Source: Candidatus Auribacterota bacterium
GTDB taxonomy: Bacteria > Auribacterota > Tritonobacteria > UBA1439
Assembly (NCBI GenBank): GCA_026392015.1
Contig: JAPLCW010000172.1
Span: 6,320 to 70,319 of the forward strand
Direction of reading: 5' to 3'
DNA length: 64,000 bases
Part shown: in pieces, positions 57,292-64,000 of the stretch
How positions within the stretch are numbered: position 1 is the stretch's first letter
Layout of the letters: each line of letters starts with the position of its first letter
Translations under genes and position numbers: made by a program
Notes under the pieces: generated by a model
The model's input: the letters and a program-made list of their open reading frames with translations, nothing else
The model's database searches: none
What the model was told of the DNA's origin: nothing

Positions 57292-57433
57292 AACATACAC
57301 GAGATATTTCTGAGATATGACATTAGTAATTACAGCTTGATTTGTACTGCCTTATAATGGCGGGAAATATTTATTGATGCACTAAATGTCAATATAATGA
57401 CATTCCTTGCACGTAGTTGGTACTTTTCCGGTC

Positions 57434-60400
57434 TCATCGAACGGCAAGAGCGCCCTGCCAGAGGTAGCCAGGGACCACATCAGAAATAGCGGGCTTCTTT
57501 CCCGCAGGAACGAACCCCACAATGAACGTGTATGTTCCATTTGTCCCCGGCGGGATGTGAGGATTGATATAAAGCGTCCTCCTGATTGATTCATGGAACA
57601 AAGCCTTTTTAGCCAGGGGTATTATGCCGTTCCGCAATTGATGTGGATTGGGGGGATAGAACGAGAATAAAAACACCCCTTGCGGAGACATGATACCCCC
57701 ATAGATATCAACGAGAGTATCCATGGGTTGCACTGCCAAATCAAAAGTTAACGAATCACCGGCCGTGACTGTGCCGCTGCTGAATATTCCGATCAGTGGC
57801 GGAGGTGGTGTGGGAGTGCAGGATGGCGCCTGTGTGGGCGTGGTCGTCGGAATGAAAACAACCGAAGGAGACGCGGTAGCGGTTGGAGTCGGAATCCCCG
57901 TAGGCGTATGAGTCGGCGTTGAGGTGGGAGTCTTTGTCGGTGTATTCGTAGGCGTGCGTGTGGGGGTATTTGTTGGTGTCTCGGTAGCTATCGACGGGGG
58001 AGACATTGTCGGAGTCTCCGTAGGTGTCTGTGTTGGGGATTGAGTCGGTGTTTCTGTGGCTGTTGAAGTCGGCGTACACGTAGGTGTCTCAGTCGGATTT
58101 TCCGTGGGTGTGGAGGTGGGCTCCGCTCCGCATACATTGAGGCTCACATCGTCGATATAGAAGTACGTGGCAATAGAACCGTCAACCACTGCTTGAAATT
58201 GGACCCGGAGAGTCATTCCTGCGTATTCGGCGCCCAACGAAAAAGTCTGCTCTACCCAGGTGTTCTGATAGCTTGAATCTCCGTTACAAAGCGACTGGAG
58301 CGTCGTTAATGTCGTGCCGTCCGTATCCTGTATCTCGACATCAAAAAAGTCATAGAACCCCCCAGTTTCACTTGTCTGCATCATTACCCAGTACACCAAC
58401 GTTGCCCCTGTGGCTCCTGCCGGAATTGGGATCTCCTGATAAAAATAGCCGCCTGAGACCCCTCCCGCCCTTGCTGAATATGTTCCGCTATGCTTATACG
58501 ATGTGTCCCCGGCCGCGGAACCACTCCAGTTCCATGGCGAGGCGCCGCTTTCAAACCCTCCATTGCCTATCGCTTCCTCGCACCGGGCCGGTGTCGGAGT
58601 GCTGGTGGGGGTTGCACCCGGAATCGATTCGGGCATCAACGAGTGCGCTCCCGGAAATACAATGGAGTAGCTTTGTGGCGGACTCGGCAGCAGCGCGGCG
58701 CTCACGTGGATTTTCCACGTTCCCGGCGTGGGATTGTTCACCGCCACCTGCTCCTGATTATTGAGGCTGTCAATCCCCGTCGTAGCGGCGTTCGCGGGAT
58801 TATCCGGATCCAGAATCCACGGGTAGAACACAGTGCCGTCGGGACCGATCAAGGAAAGGTCGAGATCGTTCACGAGCTTCTTTATAGAGGCAAGGCTTCC
58901 GGCAGGATCATCCCATGCCATGCTCACCTTGAGCTCGGGTATGGGGCTCGCCACGTTGATGGTGTACTCGTGCATTTGTCCCTGCTCGCTGAGAGAATCC
59001 TCGCGGAAGTCACCGCCTATTATCGCATCCACCGCCGCGATACCGTTTATCACTCCGTATCCAAACTGATAATCGGGGCCGGTATTCCCCTTATCCGTCG
59101 CGCTATGAATAAGGAGCGCCTTTGCGGTGGAGGGCAGAAACTCGCCGCTGGTTGAATAACTATTCCTGTATTGCTGGAGCATGAGCGCAATGATCCCCGC
59201 GGTAGTGGGCGACGCCATTGAGGTGCCGTTCTTGGTAGTGTACCCGTTCGACGAATTGCAGGAGAGAACATTCACACCGGGCGCGCATATCACCGGCTTG
59301 ACACGGCCATCCTCTGTGGGGCCCCAGCTTGAGAAGTACGACATGTTACCGGATTCATCAACCGCTCCTGATTGGATGGGATTCTTCGCGCACGCGGGAG
59401 GCGCCGTGGTGCGGTACCCGGTCCCGCATCGTCCGCTCGCGCGCTCATTGCCGTTGGCCCATGCCATTATGAAAGGCGCCCCGAGGCTCCCGCATACAAT
59501 CGTGTCAAGAAGCCGGCAGGTCGCGCCGTAGTTCCCCTCGTAGGAACAGGGGAAGCCGTTTGGCGCAGCATTTGTCCCGAGGGAGACGTTGAGCAGGTCG
59601 GCCGACGGGGCCCATGTGTTCTTGGCATAGCCGAAATCGTTCTGGATATCCCCGGGATTGGTGTACAGGAAAATCCCGCTCCCGTCATACTGGAACGCCA
59701 TCGAAAGGAGATTCGCTGCCGGGGCCATACCACGGTTGTTGGGAGTCACGGAACCGTTCCCGCACAGGGTACAGGATACATGCGTGGAATGTTCGTCGAA
59801 AGGGGCACTGTCGCCATATGCCATATGCGAGTCAAGATCGGGATGACTGTACGCCCTTCCCACATCGTACACGAGGACATCGACTCCGCTCCCATCAAGA
59901 TTGTACGACCACTGAAGGGTGTTTGCCCCCACAATTTCCCTGTTCTCCGCGTTGATAGGTTCCAGGGGAGGATCAGGCTGTTCTATCCACTCAACGATAT
60001 CTTCCTTCGCGAGCGAGTCTACTGCGCGTTTCTGCATGTGCACTACAAGCGTATTGATGAGCTCCGCCCTATCCACGACTTCCCCCCCGAGCTGCCGCAC
60101 GAGCTTTTCCCCCTCGTCGAGGCTCACATCCTTGAACAGCTGGACGAGCACCGCCACACGTCCGCTCTTCTCATCAAATGCCCAAGGGGCGGGTGAGGCT
60201 TCCCTGATCTTTGGATCCACCCTGTTTTCCGCACTCAGATCACCGATCCAGCGGACAGACGGCATGGAGAGAATGTGTTCCGAATTTTCCGACGGGATTG
60301 ACGCAATCCAGGCATAGTTTGGTATGTAAGTGAGCAGATCAACGCCGTTTCGGGAAAGGCTCTCCCTCTGGGCGCGGGAAGGGATGTCATCAAATTGGAC

Positions 60401-60619
60401 GAGGACGTGAATTTTTCGGCGCTGTTGAATAACGCCCCGTGCCGCCCTCGCCTTGAGAGCAACGCCGATCTCCCTCCCCTGTGAGAGGGACGGGACGAAG
60501 GGCCCCGATCTCATGCCGATCTCGTATGATTTGCCTGCTCCCGCAGCGAAGCTCATGACGGGCGCCATCGTCAGGCAGAAGATGACGGCTGCTATTACTC
60601 TGAATCTGGGCTTTTGCAT
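57434..60619 (-). CDS. secreted subtilisin-like (S8) serine protease, paralog of 52433-56431
   Basis: Trimmed to the ATG at 60619 (MQKPRFRVIAAVIFCLTMAPVMSFAAG, signal peptide). Same Asp/His/Ser motifs and same CBM-like domain. Long stretches of the catalytic domain are identical to the neighbour. It has a shorter TPT linker and a related C-terminal domain, and lacks the DxDxDG module. Confidence 0.85.
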   Translation of the reverse strand: MQKPRFRVIAAVIFCLTMAPVMSFAAGAGKSYEIGMRSGPFVPSLSQGREIGVALKARAARGVIQQRRKIHVLVQFDDIPSRAQRESLSRNGVDLLTYIPNYAWIASIPSENSEHILSMPSVRWIGDLSAENRVDPKIREASPAPWAFDEKSGRVAVLVQLFKDVSLDEGEKLVRQLGGEVVDRAELINTLVVHMQKRAVDSLAKEDIVEWIEQPDPPLEPINAENREIVGANTLQWSYNLDGSGVDVLVYDVGRAYSHPDLDSHMAYGDSAPFDEHSTHVSCTLCGNGSVTPNNRGMAPAANLLSMAFQYDGSGIFLYTNPGDIQNDFGYAKNTWAPSADLLNVSLGTNAAPNGFPCSYEGNYGATCRLLDTIVCGSLGAPFIMAWANGNERASGRCGTGYRTTAPPACAKNPIQSGAVDESGNMSYFSSWGPTEDGRVKPVICAPGVNVLSCNSSNGYTTKNGTSMASPTTAGIIALMLQQYRNSYSTSGEFLPSTAKALLIHSATDKGNTGPDYQFGYGVINGIAAVDAIIGGDFREDSLSEQGQMHEYTINVASPIPELKVSMAWDDPAGSLASIKKLVNDLDLSLIGPDGTVFYPWILDPDNPANAATTGIDSLNNQEQVAVNNPTPGTWKIHVSAALLPSPPQSYSIVFPGAHSLMPESIPGATPTSTPTPARCEEAIGNGGFESGASPWNWSGSAAGDTSYKHSGTYSARAGGVSGGYFYQEIPIPAGATGATLVYWVMMQTSETGGFYDFFDVEIQDTDGTTLTTLQSLCNGDSSYQNTWVEQTFSLGAEYAGMTLRVQFQAVVDGSIATYFYIDDVSLNVCGAEPTSTPTENPTETPTCTPTSTATETPTQSPTQTPTETPTMSPPSIATETPTNTPTRTPTNTPTKTPTSTPTHTPTGIPTPTATASPSVVFIPTTTPTQAPSCTPTPPPPLIGIFSSGTVTAGDSLTFDLAVQPMDTLVDIYGGIMSPQGVFLFSFYPPNPHQLRNGIIPLAKKALFHESIRRTLYINPHIPPGTNGTYTFIVGFVPAGKKPAISDVVPGYLWQGALAVR

Positions 60620-60808
60620 TTCTCTATTTTTCCATAAGGAAAGGGCGTGGTCATTCGGCTGAAAATTATTTTGATTACCGGATTTCCCTGCCAGAGATAG
60701 CCGGGGATTATGTTTTGCGGACAAGATTAAGGAGGATTGCAGTCCCCCGCACACGTGTTCTATGTATGTGTGCGGAAATATAATAAATCAATCTAACAAC
60801 TTTGTCAA

Positions 60809-60840
60809 GCTTATTTCCACCCCAGCTTATTTCCACCCCA
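60809..60840. repeat. perfect 2 x 16-bp tandem duplication spanning a stop codon
   Basis: GCTTATTTCCACCCCA occurs twice (60809-60824 and 60825-60840). The second copy holds the last codons and the TAA of the gene at 60827. Confidence 0.85.
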
Positions 60841-61453
60841 TTATTGCAGTTATTGATTTCTCGGGGATAAGGATGAAATTTTCATTTACGCGTATCCCGA
60901 TCCTGTGCGCACCGAGCTCCCTGATAATTCCCCTCTGCGCAGGCAGCTTCCAGTCTCCATATCCGGGACTGAACCGCCTCGTGAGCGTCATCTTCTCATG
61001 CACCGCGGCCTCTCGCAATGTCCCGCACATCAAATTGACAACCGCCTCTACCGCCTCGGATCCGAAGGCATCCAGTATTATCGCCTCGGTCATTCTCTTT
61101 TGGGTCATAAGATTCCCCGTCTCGAGAGTCAGCCCTTTTCCTATGGTGGCCGCCATGACAGTGGTCTTTCGGCATGAGCGAAGCAGATCAGCTATGTCAC
61201 TGCTCGCAACGGTGAACGCTGTGTCCCGGAAAGAGACACCGGAATCGCCGCACCTGGCGATCCCCAGTGTTTTGCACGCGGCGGCCGGCTCTATAATCCT
61301 ATAGCCGAGCTCCATTGTCTTTTCGACCAGTTCCTGCACCTTTCCCGAACTCCCGTAGCCGGACGGATTCATCTGGAGACGCCGCAAAACGGCATCCCGG
61401 TCGACCGCGATTTTAAAATCCTTTTTAACTCCTGTCCCGTCGACTATCGCCAT
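60827..61453 (-). CDS. stand-alone methionine synthase AdoMet-binding reactivation domain protein
   Basis: RFSPGYGDWKLPAQRGIIRELGAHRIGIRVNENFILIPEKSITAIMGW matches the MetH activation-domain signature. ATG at 61453 (alternative 61498), overlapping the uppP stop. Confidence 0.75.
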   Translation of the reverse strand: MAIVDGTGVKKDFKIAVDRDAVLRRLQMNPSGYGSSGKVQELVEKTMELGYRIIEPAAACKTLGIARCGDSGVSFRDTAFTVASSDIADLLRSCRKTTVMAATIGKGLTLETGNLMTQKRMTEAIILDAFGSEAVEAVVNLMCGTLREAAVHEKMTLTRRFSPGYGDWKLPAQRGIIRELGAHRIGIRVNENFILIPEKSITAIMGWK

Positions 61454-62208
61454 AGTAGTACCGTAATCCCCGCCGCGAGGCAGTAATATCCGAACCATGC
61501 AAGTTTCCCTTTTCGCACGATCCCCATGAGCACACCGATAGCCCCATAACCGCTCAGAAATGAGGCGAGCGTCGCAACGGCCAGGGCTGCCCCGCCGAAC
61601 CCCGGACCGGCGGAAGATATATTCTTGAGCTCGATAATAGTCGCGCCGAATATCGCCGGAACCGAGAGCATGAACGCGAATTCAACCGCGCCCTCTCTCT
61701 TCATGCCCGACAGCAATCCTGCCCCGACCGTCATCCCCGAGCGCGAGACGCCGGGCAGGAGCGCAATCGACTGAGCGACACCCACGACAATCGCTCTCCA
61801 CCATCCGATCCCTCCCTCCCCTGCTCCACTTCTTCCCGCCACTATGAGGAATATCCCGCAGAACATCAGGTTGGGAGCAATGAGATATATCTCATGGAAT
61901 CTCTCGGATATCAGCTCGTGGAAACAATAACCGGTCACCGCTACGGGAATAGAGGCAAGAATGAGCGCCCCAAGAAAACGCGCCGATTCGTAATCGAGGG
62001 GATGGAGAATAATCCTTCCCCACCTCTTGCGGAAAAAGAGGATCGCGGCGCACATTGTCCCAAGATGGAGCAGAACCTCCAGCGCAACCCCCTGGCTCCG
62101 GATACCGAGAACCTTTTCAGCAAAAACCAGATGGGCGGAGCTGGAGATGGGGAGGCACTCGGTAATGCCCTGGACAACCCCGATTAGTAACGCATCAATG
62201 TAAGACAT
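61444..62208 (-). CDS. uppP: undecaprenyl-diphosphate phosphatase
   Basis: ALLIGVVQGITECLPISSSAHL and LPGVSRSGMT motifs; 8 helices; 254 aa. Confidence 0.9.
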   Translation of the reverse strand: MSYIDALLIGVVQGITECLPISSSAHLVFAEKVLGIRSQGVALEVLLHLGTMCAAILFFRKRWGRIILHPLDYESARFLGALILASIPVAVTGYCFHELISERFHEIYLIAPNLMFCGIFLIVAGRSGAGEGGIGWWRAIVVGVAQSIALLPGVSRSGMTVGAGLLSGMKREGAVEFAFMLSVPAIFGATIIELKNISSAGPGFGGAALAVATLASFLSGYGAIGVLMGIVRKGKLAWFGYYCLAAGITVLLWR

Positions 62209-62342
62209 AAAGTATAGTAGTTAGTAGCTAGTAGTTAGGGGTTAGGGATAATGTTTGCTTCGTCGCTCCGCTCCTCGCAATGGCTCAATTTCAGTAAAGC
62301 TATTTAAGAGACACGATATTCGCGGGGGGCGGAAAACCACCA

Positions 62343-63293
62343 TTATTTTGACTGGCCTTTATACCAGGACACAAACCTTTCAATCCCCTCTTGGATCGGA
62401 ACCTTGGGGGCGTATCCGAGCATCTCCTTCGCCTTGCGGATATCTGCGTAGGTTACAGGGACATCCCCCGCCTGAGAAGCAAACTGCGTGACGATCGCCT
62501 TTTTCCCTATGGCGCGTTCCATCGTTTCGATGAGCGCGCTGAGTTGGATGGTTTCCGATTCGCCGAGGTTGAATATTTCGAATGGGAAAGGCGTGTCGAT
62601 AGCCTTGAGCACACCGTCCATGATATCGTCGATATAGGTATAGTCCCTCCGGCTGGAGCCATCGCCGTACACCTCTATCGGCTCCCCCTGTGCAATCTTG
62701 CGCGTAAAACGGTGAATGGCCATCTCCGGCCGCTGGCGGGGACCGTAGACCGTGAAGAAACGAAGACAGCTGATGTTCATACCATAGATGCGATGGTATG
62801 CATAGCAGAGGAGCTCACACGCCCTCTTCGTTGCCGCATAGGGGGAGATAGGCTGATCCACCCGGTCACCCTCAGAAAACGGAATCTTGCGGTTGACCCC
62901 GTACACCGACGACGATGAACCGAATACGAAGCGATTGATGCCTTTCTCCCTGGCGAACTCCAGGAGCGTGAGCGTCCCGCCGCAGTTAACCTGTTCGTAG
63001 AGCATTGGCGCTTTGATGGACTCGCGCACACCGGCCCGCGCGGCAAGGTGGACGATGAGATGACACTCATGCCGTGCACCGATCTTCCGGAGCAGACCCC
63101 CATCCCGTATATCCCCCTCTACCAATGTAAAAAGCGGGCTGGGCAGGCACCCCGCGATGCTCTTCCTCTTGATAGCCGGGTCATAGGCATCATTAAAATC
63201 GTCGAGGCAGACCACCTCGTCTCCTCTTTTGAGAAGATGCTCCACCAGATGCGAACCTATGAAACCCGCACCCCCGGTGACAAGTATTTTCAT
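62343..63293 (-). CDS. NAD-dependent SDR sugar-nucleotide epimerase (UDP-glucuronate 4-epimerase-like)
   Basis: MKILVTGGAGFIGSHL, YAATKRACE (YxxxK) and RFFTVYGPRQRPEMA. Confidence 0.85.
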   Translation of the reverse strand: MKILVTGGAGFIGSHLVEHLLKRGDEVVCLDDFNDAYDPAIKRKSIAGCLPSPLFTLVEGDIRDGGLLRKIGARHECHLIVHLAARAGVRESIKAPMLYEQVNCGGTLTLLEFAREKGINRFVFGSSSSVYGVNRKIPFSEGDRVDQPISPYAATKRACELLCYAYHRIYGMNISCLRFFTVYGPRQRPEMAIHRFTRKIAQGEPIEVYGDGSSRRDYTYIDDIMDGVLKAIDTPFPFEIFNLGESETIQLSALIETMERAIGKKAIVTQFASQAGDVPVTYADIRKAKEMLGYAPKVPIQEGIERFVSWYKGQSK

Positions 63294-63297
63294 TTTT

Positions 63298-63345
63298 TTA
63301 TCGTTTCACTTTTGTTTTATCGTTTCACTTTTGGCTTCTTATCGT
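63298..63345. promoter_or_regulatory. three direct TTATCGT(TTCACTTTTG) repeats abutting the epimerase start codon
   Basis: TTATCGTTTCACTTTTG occurs at 63298 and 63317 (19-nt period), with a third TTATCGT at 63339. No Shine-Dalgarno sequence is visible between them and the ATG at 63293. Confidence 0.3.
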
Positions 63346-63423
63346 GGCTATGTTATCACAACACCATCCGCACACGCAAGAAACGCCGGCTCCAGGAGAT
63401 GGATCAGTTTGGGGAGCATTGAT

Positions 63424-63540
63424 TTGTAAGGGTTCGATTCCCGCCTGAGGCGGGCAAGTATCGAACTTGCCACGTAACATACGTGGCCCGGGCGTGATCT
63501 TTCGACTTCGCTCAGGACAAGTTCATCACGCCCCTACAAC
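63424..63540. repeat. palindromic repeat family 5
   Basis: TTGTAAGGGTTCGATTCCCGCC...CACGCCCCTACAAC. It lies inside a segment bounded by a 16-nt direct repeat. Confidence 0.7.
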
Positions 63541-63805
63541 ATAGAAAAACTATACCCGTAGTCCAATTGACCCACTACTCGGCTCCAGGAGATGGCGGAT
63601 AAGATGTGGACGCGATCAGACTGGCGTCAACCGTCGGGTAAACCTGGACTCTACACACGGTGGGTCCCCTCACCCGCAGTCCCCGAGGGAGGCTGTATGT
63701 CTTCAGGGAACGTACGAACCCTCAGTCACCGTCCTAGCATAAAGTGCGCCGTTACCCTCTCCGTTATTATCTGACGGCGACGCGCGTCGGGTTCGATGAA
63801 ATTAT

Positions 63806-63998
63806 GTAACTGCTCAGGAGCCAGAATTCAGGAGTCAGGAGTTAAAATGAGGACGCCAGCGGCGACATTTGAGGACTTGAGCTACAGCGATGTTCCCGAG
63901 TTAATGCAGTTATTTGAAGTGATCAGCAATCTACCGGAAGCTTATTCGCGCTCCATTCCGGATTCTGGCTCCTGGCTTCTGACTACCCGAGTAGTTAC
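63806..63998. mobile_element. MITE family 1, subtype 1A
   Basis: GTAACTGCTCAGGAGCCAGAATTCAGGAG ... CTGGCTTCTGACTACCCGAGTAGTTAC. The interior reads MRTPAATFEDLSYSDVPELMQLFEVISNLPEAYSRSIPDSGSWLLTTRV*. The right flank is cut by the window end. Confidence 0.8.
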
Positions 63999-64000
63999 AA

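Noticed and set aside
63428-63450. tRNA-like T-arm sequence GGGTTCGATTCCCGCC.
   Set aside because: No acceptor, D or anticodon arms can be built around it. It is part of the family 5 palindrome, whose other copies (49177) have a diverged sequence at this position.

Overview
This 64-kb window comes from an apparently uncultivated, moderately GC-rich bacterium. All calls rest on reading the ORF translations and the DNA by eye; no searches were run.

Positions 1 to about 42,000 form one very large envelope-glycosylation super-locus, arranged as alternating convergent and divergent operons. It contains:
- nine large polytopic membrane proteins with ArnT/PMT/GT87-like (GT-C) character, one of them fused to an NHL beta-propeller
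- five GtrB/Dpm1/ArnC-like family-2 glycosyltransferases
- six radical SAM enzymes: four B12-binding class-B-like (one truncated by the window edge) and two SPASM/twitch type
- three stand-alone SAM methyltransferases, plus a fourth methyltransferase domain fused to a ferredoxin/FrhB-like Fe-S module
- a hexapeptide acetyltransferase, a Gfo/Idh/MocA oxidoreductase, a GHMP sugar kinase and a DegT aminotransferase

The right third carries housekeeping genes: clpB, a CheY-like receiver, a K+-type membrane pyrophosphatase, a split cobalamin methionine synthase, uppP and an SDR sugar epimerase. These are interrupted by two tandem paralogous secreted S8 subtilases with long Thr/Pro linkers.

Nearly every intergenic gap is filled with palindromic miniature repeats of at least seven families. 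Two families show transposon hallmarks. Family 1 has 8-bp target-site duplications. Family 2 has TA/CTAG flanks that coincide with the stop codons of neighbouring genes.

I found no rRNA, tRNA, CRISPR array, autonomous transposase or recognisable defence genes.

The most interesting signal is the repeated, translationally coupled pairing of polyprenyl-phosphate-type GT2 genes with radical SAM genes, inside a locus saturated with GT-C transferases. This suggests radical tailoring of lipid-linked sugars before periplasmic transfer.
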